In this document: piece after piece, positions 8,770-19,219 of the stretch
How the letters are laid out: every line of letters begins with the position of its first letter
How positions within the stretch are numbered: position 1 is the first letter of the stretch
Source: Candidatus Taenariivivens baikalensis
GTDB taxonomy: Bacteria; Omnitrophota; Omnitrophia; Omnitrophales; Aquincolibacteriaceae
Direction: 5' to 3'
Length of the DNA stretch: 64,000 nucleotides
Assembly (NCBI GenBank): GCA_009691445.1
Contig: SICL01000001.1
Span: 1,738 to 65,737 of the forward strand
Made by a program: the position numbers and the translations under genes
Notes under the pieces: generated by a model
Databases searched by the model: none
What the model was told of the DNA's origin: nothing
Seen by the model: only the letters and a program-made list of their open reading frames with translations

Positions 8770-11079
8770 ATGATTCGCCGCCGGAGAGAAATGCATCGGG
8801 CTAGTTTTTTTTCACGGCTCTTATCCCGGCCGCGCAGATTCAAAGAGATTCAAAATTCACGCCATTATCGCTTCGAATTTCAAAAACTAATCGCGAATAT
8901 CTCCACCCATTTTATTAGACTCACGGTCGATCAAATTCATGATGGAATCCATGAAGCTTTTGAGAGAGTCTGCCAATTTGCCGGCGCCGACCGCGGCTAC
9001 ATTTTTTGGTATTCGGATATCCTGGGCAGGCATATGGAAAAAATCCAGGAATGGTGCGCCCCCAGTATTCCCTCTGAATTGGTGCGTGTGCGAGAACTTC
9101 ATATGGGGATGTTTCCCTATTTTGACGGAAAAATCAAAGAGCTCCAGCCCTTTCTCGCCAACCGAATAAAGGATCTGCCTGCGGAAGCCTCAGCCGAACG
9201 TAAAGAGTTTTCCGCTCAAAATGTTCAATCCCTTATTTTTGTCCCGATGGTGTATGAGGGAAAGTCGATTGGTTTTATAGGATTTGAAATGATTCGCGGA
9301 GAAGTCATCTGGAACACGGATACGATTTCCCTTTTAAAACTTCTGAGTGAGATTTTTGTGAATGCGCTTGAACGTATCCGTGCCGATAAAGTGCTGCGCC
9401 AAAGTGAGGAGCGTTATTCCCTGATAGCCCGCGGCGTCAATGACGGGCTTTGGGACTGGAATCTGAAAACCGATACCATCTTTTTTACCTCCCGTTGGAA
9501 GTCGATGCTGGGATATGAAGACAATCAGATCTCCGAACAGCCCTCGGAGTGGTTTGACCGAATTCATCCTGAAGACCGAATCCATGTGGATCAAACAATA
9601 TACGAACATCTCAAAGGATTGAGCGCGCATTGTGAAATTGAGCACCGCATTCTCCATATTGACGGAAACTATCGGTGGGTGCTGATTCGCGGACTTGCCA
9701 TCAAAGATGAAAAGGGCCGGGTCTGGCGAATGGCGGGATCGGCGACGGACATCACCACCCGCATTCGCTTTGAAGAAAAACTAAAACATAACGCGCTGCA
9801 CGATAGTCTTACAGGCCTTCCCAATCGGGCCTTTTTTCTTGAGCGCCTGAAAGACGCTGCTAACAAAGCTAAAAAATATCCCAAACATCTCTTTGCCGTG
9901 CTCTTCATGGATCTGAATCGTTTTAAAGCCATCAATGACAGTTTCGGACATCTGGTTGGTGATGAATTTTTGATTCAGGTAGGCCGTGCCATTGAAACCT
10001 GTGTTGGTTCCGGTCCCCTGGTAGCCCGGTTTGGCGGAGATGAATTTACCATTCTTATAGAGGGGATCCATGATGCCGGAGACGCGATTGCCGTTGCCGA
10101 ACGGATTCAAGAGACTTTGAAGCATCCGTTTTCTCTTCAGGATCAGACCATTTTCACCTCGGCGAGTATCGGTATTGCGTTAAGCTCCGCCACGGATATT
10201 CTGGACGAATCAGATATGCTCAGGAATGCGGACACTGCGATGTATGGGGCAAAGGCAAACGATAAAGGGGGCTATGTTATTTATACCGAAGTTATGCACG
10301 CCAAAATACTCGCGACTTTGAGAATGGAAACTGCTCTGCGCCAGGCGTTAGACCGAAAAGAGCTTCAAATTCATTATCAACCTATCATTTCACTTCAACA
10401 CGGAGTCATCAAAGGGTTTGAAGCGCTGTTACGATGGACGCACCCGGAGCTTGGATCCATTCCCCCGAGTGTTTTTATCCCGATGGCGGAAGAAACAGGG
10501 CTCATTATTCCCATCGGACTTTGGGTTTTGAATCAAGCCTGCCGGGAAGCAGCTCTGTGGCCTCGCCGTGGAAAAAATCCGCTCAGTGTCAGCATCAATC
10601 TTTCCGTTAAACAATTTTCGGATGTTAATCTGGTGGATCAAATCAAAAAGATTCTTCAGGAAACCCAACTAGATCCGGAATGTCTTCACCTGGAAATTAC
10701 CGAGAGTGTTCTTGTTGAGGATAGCGCACACGCCTTTGATATCCTGAGTCAGCTTCGCGAACTAAAAGTAAAACTCTATCTGGATGATTTTGGAACTGGC
10801 TACTCATCCCTGAGCTATCTCCATCGATTTCCGCTCGATATTCTAAAAATTGACCGTTCGTTTATCTCCACCATAGGAACCGACGGCGAAACTTCTGAAA
10901 TCACCAAGGCGATTTTATCTCTCGCTCATAATATGAATTTGGAAGTGGTGGCAGAAGGAATAGAAACAGAAGAGCAACTCGATTTTTTACGCACTCTGGG
11001 TTGTGAGTACGGCCAGGGCTATTTTTTTGCCAAGCCTCTTTCCTCAGACCAGGCTTCGAATTTTGTCTTGAATCAGTAA
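8770..11079 (+). CDS. GAF-PAS-GGDEF-EAL c-di-GMP turnover protein
   Basis: RFGGDEF diguanylate cyclase motif, EALLRW and DDFGTGYSS EAL motifs; N-terminal GAF and PAS regions. Confidence 0.9.
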   Translation: MIRRRREMHRASFFSRLLSRPRRFKEIQNSRHYRFEFQKLIANISTHFIRLTVDQIHDGIHEAFERVCQFAGADRGYIFWYSDILGRHMEKIQEWCAPSIPSELVRVRELHMGMFPYFDGKIKELQPFLANRIKDLPAEASAERKEFSAQNVQSLIFVPMVYEGKSIGFIGFEMIRGEVIWNTDTISLLKLLSEIFVNALERIRADKVLRQSEERYSLIARGVNDGLWDWNLKTDTIFFTSRWKSMLGYEDNQISEQPSEWFDRIHPEDRIHVDQTIYEHLKGLSAHCEIEHRILHIDGNYRWVLIRGLAIKDEKGRVWRMAGSATDITTRIRFEEKLKHNALHDSLTGLPNRAFFLERLKDAANKAKKYPKHLFAVLFMDLNRFKAINDSFGHLVGDEFLIQVGRAIETCVGSGPLVARFGGDEFTILIEGIHDAGDAIAVAERIQETLKHPFSLQDQTIFTSASIGIALSSATDILDESDMLRNADTAMYGAKANDKGGYVIYTEVMHAKILATLRMETALRQALDRKELQIHYQPIISLQHGVIKGFEALLRWTHPELGSIPPSVFIPMAEETGLIIPIGLWVLNQACREAALWPRRGKNPLSVSINLSVKQFSDVNLVDQIKKILQETQLDPECLHLEITESVLVEDSAHAFDILSQLRELKVKLYLDDFGTGYSSLSYLHRFPLDILKIDRSFISTIGTDGETSEITKAILSLAHNMNLEVVAEGIETEEQLDFLRTLGCEYGQGYFFAKPLSSDQASNFVLNQ

Positions 11080-11081
11080 TT

Positions 11082-11124
11082 CAAAAAAGGGAGAGAGCAT
11101 AAGCAAGACCTCCCCTTTTTTTTA
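11082..11124. terminator. putative bidirectional intrinsic terminator between convergent genes
   Basis: A-tract, GC stem (GGGAG/CTCCC) and T8 tract between the GGDEF-EAL stop and the aldolase/SDR stop. Confidence 0.4.
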
Positions 11125-13092
11125 AATTACCCGATCATTACCGCCATCAATAGGAACTTGAGCCCCCGTCGTTTTTGAAAACACGGAACCGGCCACCGAG
11201 CATACCAATCGAGCAACATCCTTTGACGTAATCTCAACCTTGAGCAAATTAGATGACTTGTATTCATCCACACTGACGCCGTACTTTTTCGCCCGCGCCT
11301 GCAGAACTTCTTCCGTCCAGATAGCGGTATCAAAAACCTGATTGGGATGAATCACATTAACACGAATTCCTTGAGGGGCAAGCTCCAGAGCCGCAACACG
11401 CGCGAGTTGTGTCAGACCCGCCTTCGCAACTGAATAGGCAGACGCTCCAGGCCCGGGCGCCTGAACATTTTTTGAGGCGATAACCACGATCGAAGCATTG
11501 ATACCTAGCTGGAGATATGGAAGAGCGACTTGAATCAGCACCGCATGGCTGGTCAAATTGACCGACAAACTTTTTTCCCAAAGTTCGGATGTCATATCGG
11601 AAAGATTACAAGTCTCCGGAAAAAACCCTGCATTACTAATAAGAACGTCCAAGCCGCCAAACATACGCACGGTTTTCTCCACACAGGCCTGAATTTGTTC
11701 TCGATGAGCCACATCGCAGACCATTCCAAGGATTCCCGGTGACGAAAAAAGTGATGCAATCTTTGGGTCTTTATCCAAGGCTGCAACAACCGCCCCTTGC
11801 TTCACAAGTGCTTCAACGCACGCACGTCCAATTCCGCTTGCCGCTCCCGTCACCAGTGCGATTTTTCCCTGAAAATCTAACGGATTCGGCGTCTTTTTTA
11901 ATTTCGCCTGTTCGAGCACCCAATACTCCACCTCAAATAATTCTTTTTCGGAAAGGGGTTTCCAGCCCCCAAGCGCTTCCGCTTTTTGAATGGCTCGCAG
12001 CGTGTGTCCTGAAATATCCGAAATCACACGCGTTTCTTCCAAATCCCGGCCGAAGCTCACAACGCCGTGCTCAGGCCAAATGGCCCAGCGGGGCGCTGAA
12101 TCGAGGGGAATTAATTTTCCATCCGTATTTTTTTGAAAATACTTCTGATAATCCTGAGCAAAGCGAAGTAAATCTTCCTCTGAATTTTTTCCGATTACTG
12201 CGGGGACTCTTTTTGTCCGAATCACGTGATCTGGAGTGAGCGGACCCAAGGTCATTGCGGTCAGTCCGGTAAAATTGGAAAATCCCAGTGACGCCGAATC
12301 TTGGTCGAGCTTGGTGATCACTGGAGCCTGGCGAAGTTTAGAAACGATTTTTCGCAGACGTGCTAGTTCCAGAAGATTTTCCTTGGGAGGAATCTTCGAA
12401 GTCACCTGTTGCGCGCCTTTCTTTTCGAGAAAGACCTCCGCTTCGCAAACCAGTTCGATCATTTTTTCATAACTGCTTCGTGCGTTGTCGGCAAACGTAA
12501 AAATGCCGTGATTCATCAGAATCAAGCCTTGGACCTTCTTCCAATCAAGACCCTGAGTCATTTCAAAAATCTTTTTCGCCAGGACAAATCCGGGCATCAC
12601 ATAGGGCACCACAAGGACGCGGTCTCCGTAAATCTCACGAATTGATTTCTCCCCTTGGGTCGTGTTAGTGATAGTGAGTACAGCATCGGCATGAGTATGA
12701 TCCACAAAAGTATAAGGGATGATGGCGTGGAGAATGGCTTCGACGGAGGGGTTGGGAGCGTATGGATCAATCATCGCGGCACGCTGCATTTTCACCATTT
12801 CCCTATCATCGAGTGATTGGAGAGCGGCCATCTGTTTAAGAACTTTCAGACGGACAGGGGCAAATCCCGCAGCTTCAATAGAAGCCAAGTCCCATCCGCT
12901 TCCCTTAATATAAAGAATTTCTTCGGTTTCGCCAAAGCGGTTGACGACCGAAGTCTTCACCGAAGTATTCCCCCCGCCGTGAAGGACAAGGTCTGTCTCC
13001 TGCCCTAAAAGGCGCGAGGTGTAGACACGCAGTGACAAGGGATCCTTTTGACACTCTCTGGCTTGCTCTTCATTCCACAGACTTTTCATCAA
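11122..13092 (-). CDS. bifunctional class II aldolase/adducin-domain plus short-chain dehydrogenase (rhamnulose-1-phosphate aldolase/alcohol dehydrogenase-like)
   Basis: N-terminal class II aldolase fold; C-terminal SDR with TGAASGIG and YSVAK motifs. Confidence 0.85.
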   Translation of the reverse strand: MMKSLWNEEQARECQKDPLSLRVYTSRLLGQETDLVLHGGGNTSVKTSVVNRFGETEEILYIKGSGWDLASIEAAGFAPVRLKVLKQMAALQSLDDREMVKMQRAAMIDPYAPNPSVEAILHAIIPYTFVDHTHADAVLTITNTTQGEKSIREIYGDRVLVVPYVMPGFVLAKKIFEMTQGLDWKKVQGLILMNHGIFTFADNARSSYEKMIELVCEAEVFLEKKGAQQVTSKIPPKENLLELARLRKIVSKLRQAPVITKLDQDSASLGFSNFTGLTAMTLGPLTPDHVIRTKRVPAVIGKNSEEDLLRFAQDYQKYFQKNTDGKLIPLDSAPRWAIWPEHGVVSFGRDLEETRVISDISGHTLRAIQKAEALGGWKPLSEKELFEVEYWVLEQAKLKKTPNPLDFQGKIALVTGAASGIGRACVEALVKQGAVVAALDKDPKIASLFSSPGILGMVCDVAHREQIQACVEKTVRMFGGLDVLISNAGFFPETCNLSDMTSELWEKSLSVNLTSHAVLIQVALPYLQLGINASIVVIASKNVQAPGPGASAYSVAKAGLTQLARVAALELAPQGIRVNVIHPNQVFDTAIWTEEVLQARAKKYGVSVDEYKSSNLLKVEITSKDVARLVCSVAGSVFSKTTGAQVPIDGGNDRVI

Positions 13093-13094
13093 GA

Positions 13095-13676
13095 TCAGAC
13101 CAAAACTTTTGTGCGGATACTTTTTTTAAAGAAGTGTTTCTTATAAAAGCGCAGTTCTTCGATGGACTCACGGATGTCGTCCAACGCGCGGTGTTTGTTT
13201 GTCTTGGAAAAAGGATTGCGGTTTTTTTTGTACCAGAAATTAACCAGGGACTTGACGCTGCTCACATCCACGTGGCGATAATGAAGGTATTCATGAATGC
13301 GGGGCATGTAACGCTCGAGAAATCGCCGGTCATGGTGGATGGAGTTACCGCATAGCATCGCTTTTTTCTCGGCGCAGTATTTTTTGATAAAATCGAGTGT
13401 GAGCGCTTCAGCTTGTTTCGTGCTAATTTTGGATTGCACAACGCCTTTAAAAAGACCGGATTTCAGGTGATGCTTCATATTCCAGTCATCCATCCCATCA
13501 AGATATTTTCCGGCTTGATGAACAATAATATCCGGTCCTTCTTCGATCACCTTTAAATGTTGGTCGGTAATAATGGTAGCAATTTCAATAATGACTTCCT
13601 TTTTAGGATTAAGACCGGTCATTTCCATATCAATCCATACGAGGCGCGGTGGAGCTTTCTTTGCTGTGTCAGTCAT
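13095..13676 (-). CDS. orn: oligoribonuclease
   Basis: LVWIDMEMTGL DEDD exonuclease motif; length and overall match to Orn. Confidence 0.9.
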   Translation of the reverse strand: MTDTAKKAPPRLVWIDMEMTGLNPKKEVIIEIATIITDQHLKVIEEGPDIIVHQAGKYLDGMDDWNMKHHLKSGLFKGVVQSKISTKQAEALTLDFIKKYCAEKKAMLCGNSIHHDRRFLERYMPRIHEYLHYRHVDVSSVKSLVNFWYKKNRNPFSKTNKHRALDDIRESIEELRFYKKHFFKKSIRTKVLV

Positions 13677-13742
13677 AATCCATAACCTTCTAATGCCATT
13701 CTGAGTGAAGCGAAGAATCTCAGATCCTTCGTCGCTCGCTCC

Positions 13743-14672
13743 TCAAGATGACAATAAGTGCTGTTGATAACCCATTCTAAAATTCGGATACTTAAATGCA
13801 ATCCCTAATGATTTTAAGCGGCCGTTATTATACTTTTTTCCATACGCCTTACCAGTGAATATCTTTTCCCGAGAAAATGAAACGCCCAGTTTTTGAGAGA
13901 GCCAGCTGTAAAAATCGCCTTCCAAAACAGGTTCGTCATCGACTCCGAGATAAACACTACCTGCCTGTCCTTGATTAAAAAGAATAGGAATGCTTTGCAC
14001 AATATCATCGACGTGGATCATGTTGATGATTTTCTCCGGATGCGGAGGCGGCCACTCCCCATTTAAAACAGACTTAATTCGATTCCGGCTGGGGCCATAA
14101 ATTCCAGATAAACGAAAAATAAGCGAAGGATAACCGCTCTCCAGGATCTGTCTTTCCGCTTCAAGAAGAATCTTGGCGCGTTCAGTTTGGGGATTGGCAA
14201 TCACGCTTTCATCAATGATTTGAGATTGCTTCGCTTCGCTCTCAATGACGTCATTGTCCGTCGCATATCGTCGGACGGATCCGTCCTTTGGCGGAAGAGG
14301 AAGTCCGGCGACCGAAGGAATCTCGGGTTCACCAAAAACTCCGGTGCTGGAGAGATAAACTATCAATAAGGGCTTCTGATTCTTTTGAATGGCGGTCAGA
14401 TAATTGTGAACCGCTTCGAGATAGGTCTTCCGGTAGGCTTCCTCAGTACGATTTTCTGGTGCAAGTGAAATCACAATAAAATTCGCCGAAGGGATTGTCG
14501 GAAGATCAGGATTCCGCAGATCAGTCTGAAGGACAGTCGCTCCGAGATCTCGAAGGGCCTGAGTGCCCTCTGCAGTACGCTTAATGACCGTGACTTTTTG
14601 CTTTTTTTCTAGAAAATACTTAGCAACCGCACTGCCCGTATAACCTGCGCCCACAATCTGAATATGATACAC
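13743..14672 (-). CDS. NAD-dependent epimerase/dehydratase family protein (SDR) with a repeat-derived insertion
   Basis: VGAGYTGSAV Rossmann motif; contains a dispersed-repeat copy encoding IESEAKQSQIIDESVIANPQ. Confidence 0.75.
   Translation of the reverse strand: MYHIQIVGAGYTGSAVAKYFLEKKQKVTVIKRTAEGTQALRDLGATVLQTDLRNPDLPTIPSANFIVISLAPENRTEEAYRKTYLEAVHNYLTAIQKNQKPLLIVYLSSTGVFGEPEIPSVAGLPLPPKDGSVRRYATDNDVIESEAKQSQIIDESVIANPQTERAKILLEAERQILESGYPSLIFRLSGIYGPSRNRIKSVLNGEWPPPHPEKIINMIHVDDIVQSIPILFNQGQAGSVYLGVDDEPVLEGDFYSWLSQKLGVSFSREKIFTGKAYGKKYNNGRLKSLGIAFKYPNFRMGYQQHLLSS
14221..14250. repeat. dispersed hairpin repeat copy B (inside the epimerase gene, in-frame)
   Basis: TGAGATTGCTTCGCTTCGCTCTCAATGACG. 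Confidence 0.8.
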
Positions 14673-14674
14673 GC

Positions 14675-14887
14675 CTAGTTCCAGTGAATGGCAAGACGTC
14701 GAAAGAGTTCAATGCCAACCGGATATCCGTAGAGGATTAAAACAAGACTCACGGGAACTAAAATGACCCAGCTTGCAATCTTGCGATGAACGGGGTCCTT
14801 AATTTTGACTGGAAGATAAGTGCAAAGAAGCAAGCAGACAAGGCAAATAAGAAACCAAATCCATGGATTGTAAAAAAAGGGACTCAT
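14675..14887 (-). CDS. small two-TM membrane protein
   Basis: 70-aa hydrophobic ORF divergent from coxB. Confidence 0.45.
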   Translation of the reverse strand: MSPFFYNPWIWFLICLVCLLLCTYLPVKIKDPVHRKIASWVILVPVSLVLILYGYPVGIELFRRLAIHWN

Positions 14888-14950
14888 GTTGGAGCAGGTT
14901 ATAATGGTTCGAACAATAAGTCAAGAAAGCCACCGATCAAAACCAAGCTG

Positions 14951-15013
14951 TCATCGCGAGCCCCGCAGGGCGTGGCGATCTTTCTGGATTGCTTCGCTTG
15001 GTTCGCAATGACG
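14951..15013. repeat. dispersed hairpin repeat copy C (intergenic, upstream of coxB)
   Basis: TCATCGCGAGCCCCGCAGGGCGTGGCGATCT...GATTGCTTCGCTTGGTTCGCAATGACGG; composite layout shared with copy G. Confidence 0.8.
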
Positions 15014-15100
15014 GCATTTTAAAAACATAATTTTTGATTTTCAGTGAGGGATTTCTTGACTTTTTAAGCGGATTTTGTAGACTCACATCACATTTCTTTA

Positions 15101-15967
15101 TTGAGCTCACTTAATCCAGGAAGATTTATTTTGAATCATTATTACGGATGGGGACTTCCCGTCAATATTTCCACGCACGGCGCTGCCATTGACCACCTGA
15201 TTTATGTGATTCATATTTTTATGGCGGTGCTGTTTATTGGCTGGTTTATCTTTCTTATTTATGCTCTGATTAAATTCCGCTCCCGGGATGGACACAAAGC
15301 CATCTACGATATTAATCACTTTAAGGTACCGACTTATCTTGAAGTCTTTGTTGCCTTGCTTGAAGTGGTTCTGCTCGTCGGATTCTCCTTTCCTATTATG
15401 AATCAGGTCCGCCAGCAGATCCCGGATAAATCTAAGGCGCTTGAGGTTCGGGTTCTGGGCGAACAGTTTGCCTGGAATATTCACTATCCGGGGCCCGATG
15501 GTCTTTTCGGGAAAAGTGCTCCTGAGTTTATGAAGCCCGGAAGTCCGGTGGGCCTTGATCCTGAGGACCCCATAGGCAAGGATGACGTGGTCACGATCAA
15601 TCAAATGAATATTCCTGTGCATCGCCCCGTGTTGGTTCATTTATCCTCAAAAGATGTTATTCATAGTTTTTTTCTGCCAGTAATGAGGGTAAAACAAGAT
15701 GCGATTCCTGGGCAGAGTATTCCTGTGTGGTTTGAAGCAACCCAGACAGGAAAATTCGAGATTGCTTGCGCCCAGCTCTGTGGTCTCGGTCATTACCGGA
15801 TGCGTGGATTTTTTAATGTACAAAGCCCTGAGGATTTTGCCAAATGGCTGGTGTCCAAGGCACCGAAGAAACGTATCCCCGCAACTCCGCGGGTTCCTGC
15901 TCCCTTGAAATCTTTTGTTGAGGACTCGACCGCCACAGTTGCATCACATACAACCGCGCCAAGTTAG
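15101..15967 (+). CDS. coxB: cytochrome c oxidase subunit II (CuA), no fused cytochrome c domain
   Basis: CAQLCGLGHYRM CuA-binding motif and two N-terminal TM helices. Confidence 0.9.
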   Translation: MSSLNPGRFILNHYYGWGLPVNISTHGAAIDHLIYVIHIFMAVLFIGWFIFLIYALIKFRSRDGHKAIYDINHFKVPTYLEVFVALLEVVLLVGFSFPIMNQVRQQIPDKSKALEVRVLGEQFAWNIHYPGPDGLFGKSAPEFMKPGSPVGLDPEDPIGKDDVVTINQMNIPVHRPVLVHLSSKDVIHSFFLPVMRVKQDAIPGQSIPVWFEATQTGKFEIACAQLCGLGHYRMRGFFNVQSPEDFAKWLVSKAPKKRIPATPRVPAPLKSFVEDSTATVASHTTAPS

Positions 15968-15986
15968 GCAGAAGAGAAATGAGTTT

Positions 15987-17753
15987 ATGAGTTCAGGCCA
16001 TCATCACTCGCACCCACCACAAGAAGCACATTCAAATCACGAACCGGATTTACCCTTCTGGCAGAAATATATTTTTTCCGTCGATCACAAGGTCATTGGG
16101 GTTCAATATACGGTGACAGCATTGATCTTCTTGCTTGTTGGTTTTTGTCTGATGCTTCTTATGCGGTGGCAGCTTGCTTATCCTGGGAAAGAGATTCCGT
16201 GGATTGCGGGATGGTTTTCGGAAAGGCAGATGCTAGGTGGAATTATGCTGCCGGAGTTTTACAATCAGTTGGGTGCGATGCACGGCACGATTATGATTTT
16301 TCTTGGGGTTGTACCGCTTGCTGTTGGAGGGTTTGGCAATTATGTGATACCCCTTCAGATTGGTGCTCCCGACATGGCTTTTCCCAAGCTGAATATGGCC
16401 AGTTACTGGCTTTTTTTGATTGGGGGCGTGATTATGATTTCCAGTTTTTTTCTCCCCGAAGGTGCCGCTCAATCAGGGTGGACGTCCTACCCTCCGCTTT
16501 CCGTGGTGGCAGCCGGTGGCCAGACGACCTGGCTGGTGGGAATGCTTTTTTTGATCTTTTCTTCACTGCTTGGTTCGATGAACTTTATTGTGACGATTGT
16601 TCAGCTCCGTGCTGACGGCCTCACCTTTTTTCGCCTCCCCTTTTTCGTGTGGGCTCAATTTGTAACAAGCTTCTTGCTTCTCTTGGCGTTTCCTCCCCTT
16701 CAGGCCGCTGCCGTGCTTCAATTTATGGATCGTGTATTTCACACTAGTTTCTTTCTTCCTTCCGGTCTTGTCGTTGCGGGCAAAGTGCTTGAAGTCGCGG
16801 GTGGTGGAAACCCGATTCTCTGGCAGCATCTTTTTTGGTTTTTGGCACACCCGGAAGTTTATGTGCTGATCCTTCCTGCCATGGGTATTTGTGCCGAGGT
16901 GATGACCTGTAATACCCGCAAGCCTCTTTACGGATATAAATCGATGATTTACTCCACTATTTTTCTTGGTTTTATGTCTTTTGTTGTCTGGGCACATCAC
17001 ATGTTCCTAACGAATATGGGAACCAAGATGAGTACTTTTTTTCAAATTACAACCATGATTATTTCCATTCCCTCTGTCATCATTCTGACGTCGCTGATTC
17101 TCAGCCTCTGGGGTGGTTCAATTCGGTTTAAGACACCCATGCTCTTTGCGATCGCTTTTCTTCCGATGTTTGCAATCGGAGGTTTGACGGGACTTCCTCT
17201 TGGACTCACTGCCGCAGATATTCATCTTCACGACACTTATTATGTGATTGGCCATTTCCATTATATCGTTGCACCAGGAACGTTATTTGGACTGTTTGCC
17301 GGTATTTACCACTGGTATCCAAAAGTGACGGGACGAAAGATGAGCGAAGTGCTCGGGAAAATTCATTTTTTGGGAACCTTGATTGGAATGAACTGCATTT
17401 TTATGCCAATGTTCATTATGGGAATAGCCGGGGTTTCACGCCGGCTTTGGGATCCCACCCAGTATGCGCACGCCGTTCCCACTCAGCCTCTGAATGTCTT
17501 CATTTCTATCGCAGCTTGGTGCATGGCTTTGGGTCAGATCCCATTTATTATTAATTTTTTTGGGTCGCTGATTTGGGGTAAAAAGGCAGACGATAATCCC
17601 TGGCAAGCAACAACCCTTGAATGGGCGACTTCCACCCCGCCTCCGCATGGGAATTTTGCCACGCCTCCTCAGGTTTATCGCGGGCCGTATGAATATAGTG
17701 TCCCCGGACAGCGCACTGATTTTTTGCCTCAAAATGTGAAAGGAGATAACTAG
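15987..17753 (+). CDS. coxA: cytochrome c oxidase subunit I
   Basis: Heme-copper oxidase subunit I sequence (GGFGNY, WAHHMF); start set to MSSGHHH at 15987. Confidence 0.92.
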   Translation: MSSGHHHSHPPQEAHSNHEPDLPFWQKYIFSVDHKVIGVQYTVTALIFLLVGFCLMLLMRWQLAYPGKEIPWIAGWFSERQMLGGIMLPEFYNQLGAMHGTIMIFLGVVPLAVGGFGNYVIPLQIGAPDMAFPKLNMASYWLFLIGGVIMISSFFLPEGAAQSGWTSYPPLSVVAAGGQTTWLVGMLFLIFSSLLGSMNFIVTIVQLRADGLTFFRLPFFVWAQFVTSFLLLLAFPPLQAAAVLQFMDRVFHTSFFLPSGLVVAGKVLEVAGGGNPILWQHLFWFLAHPEVYVLILPAMGICAEVMTCNTRKPLYGYKSMIYSTIFLGFMSFVVWAHHMFLTNMGTKMSTFFQITTMIISIPSVIILTSLILSLWGGSIRFKTPMLFAIAFLPMFAIGGLTGLPLGLTAADIHLHDTYYVIGHFHYIVAPGTLFGLFAGIYHWYPKVTGRKMSEVLGKIHFLGTLIGMNCIFMPMFIMGIAGVSRRLWDPTQYAHAVPTQPLNVFISIAAWCMALGQIPFIINFFGSLIWGKKADDNPWQATTLEWATSTPPPHGNFATPPQVYRGPYEYSVPGQRTDFLPQNVKGDN

Positions 17754-18349
17754 TGTCTGCACTTATCCGCTATATTTCAAAACCTCATCCGGTCTCGGGC
17801 GTCACGAATGCTAAGTTAGGAATCTGGTGTTTTTTGGCATCCGAACTGATGCTTTTTGGCGGGCTTTTTTCAGCCTATATCGTTTTAAGAGGTTCTGCAT
17901 CCGAGTGGCCGCATGGATCGGCAGTTCTGAATGTTCCTTTAGCGACGCTCAATACGCTGATTCTTATATCCTCCAGTGTAACGATGGTGATGTCATGGGC
18001 GTCTTTAGCTTTGAAAAACCTTAAAAAATTCCGCTTCCATTTATCAATGACAATCCTGCTGTCACTTGCCTTTCTGGTGATCAAGGGCTTTGAGTATCAC
18101 TCTAAATTTGAGCACCATCATTTCCCCAGCACCGATAATTTTTTTGGAATGTATTTTACCCTTACAGGACTTCATGCCATCCACATCCTGGGCGGGGTGA
18201 TTGTGAACGCGTATCTTCTTTTTCCTGGAAGCAAACTTTACGAGACTGAACCGGAACAGTTCCTGGGACGTATTGAAGCCGCCGGACTCTACTGGCATTT
18301 TGTTGATCTTGTCTGGATCTTTCTTTTTCCCGTACTCTATTTACTTTGA
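17753..18349 (+). CDS. coxC: cytochrome c oxidase subunit III (GTG start overlapping the coxA stop)
   Basis: COX3 family TM profile and conserved HxxH histidines. Confidence 0.85.
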   Translation: MSALIRYISKPHPVSGVTNAKLGIWCFLASELMLFGGLFSAYIVLRGSASEWPHGSAVLNVPLATLNTLILISSSVTMVMSWASLALKNLKKFRFHLSMTILLSLAFLVIKGFEYHSKFEHHHFPSTDNFFGMYFTLTGLHAIHILGGVIVNAYLLFPGSKLYETEPEQFLGRIEAAGLYWHFVDLVWIFLFPVLYLL

Positions 18350-18358
18350 GGACTGACG

Positions 18359-18646
18359 ATGTCTGAACATTCACAGGAAGAAATAAGCAAGCACGTACGC
18401 ACGTACATCAGCGTTTTTGCGGCATTAGCGGCGCTGACAATAATTACTGTGGCTATTTCCTATCTCCACTTATCCACAGGCCTTGCCATTGCGGTAGCAT
18501 TGTTTGTTGCCACCATTAAAGGTTCTTTGGTTGTCGCCTATTTCATGCATCTGATTTCAGAAGCAAAAATCATTCGCTACATTTTAATTTTGACAGCTAT
18601 TTTCTTCTTGGTTCTGCTGTTACTGCCAGCGATTGGTCATTTTTAA
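18359..18646 (+). CDS. coxD: prokaryotic cytochrome c oxidase subunit IV-like protein
   Basis: 95-aa three-TM protein in the position typical of CtaF/CoxD. Confidence 0.7.
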   Translation: MSEHSQEEISKHVRTYISVFAALAALTIITVAISYLHLSTGLAIAVALFVATIKGSLVVAYFMHLISEAKIIRYILILTAIFFLVLLLLPAIGHF

Positions 18647-18657
18647 GGATTATCTCT

Positions 18658-18870
18658 ATGTCATTACGTTTTATCCATCTCGTCTTCATCGTCACGGTTA
18701 TCGGACTCTTTCTTTTATGCGCTGGACTTTCCTACCGCGCTTACCAAGTAACCGCTCAACTGAATGAATTGGCACTTACCGGAGGCTCGCTTTTGCTGGC
18801 TGGAATCTTCTGCTACTATTTCTCTTATGTCCTGAAAGTTCTCCGCAAAATACCGACTCATGAATCATAA
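18658..18870 (+). CDS. small two-TM membrane protein in the cox operon
   Basis: Hydrophobic 70-aa ORF spaced 11 nt after coxD. Confidence 0.5.
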   Translation: MSLRFIHLVFIVTVIGLFLLCAGLSYRAYQVTAQLNELALTGGSLLLAGIFCYYFSYVLKVLRKIPTHES

Positions 18871-18888
18871 AGCAGCTAACAACACTCC

Positions 18889-19000
18889 GTCATTGCGAAC
18901 AAAGCGAAGTAATCTCTTCGTTCGTCGTCATTACGAGCCGCAGCGAGGCAATCCCAGAGATCGCTGCGTCCTGCCAACGATGGGACTCGCAATGACAGCG
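18889..19000. repeat. dispersed hairpin repeat copy D (downstream of the cox operon, supplying an ATG)
   Basis: GTCATTGCGAACAAAGCGAAGTAATCTC...GACTCGCAATGACAGCG. Confidence 0.8.
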
Positions 19001-19219
19001 CTTCTCTCATTTCTAACCTTATTAGCGCCTGCTGCACAGGCCTGTTCCGTCTGCTTCGGAGATCCGCGCTCAAATCAAACAAAGGCTGTTTTAGCGGGTA
19101 TTCTTTTTTTACTCGCCTTGATTAGTACAGTCTTAAGTGCGCTTGTCATTACGATTGTACGTTTCCAAAAAAGAAGCCACGCACTTTCAACCGCCGCTTC
19201 CTCGGCATCGGGTTCATGA
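18980..19219 (+). CDS. small exported or membrane protein with a CSVC motif; start codon lies inside a dispersed-repeat copy
   Basis: MGLAMTALLSFLTLLAPAAQACSVCFGDP signal-like N-terminus, C-terminal TM helix; the upstream ORF-track extension is repeat-encoded. Confidence 0.5.
   Translation: MGLAMTALLSFLTLLAPAAQACSVCFGDPRSNQTKAVLAGILFLLALISTVLSALVITIVRFQKRSHALSTAASSASGS

Noticed and set aside
11739-12239. 166-aa plus-strand ORF
   Set aside because: Antisense to the aldolase/SDR fusion gene.
16145-16615. 156-aa Cys/Trp-rich ORF in an alternative frame
   Set aside because: Lies inside coxA in another frame; compositional artefact.
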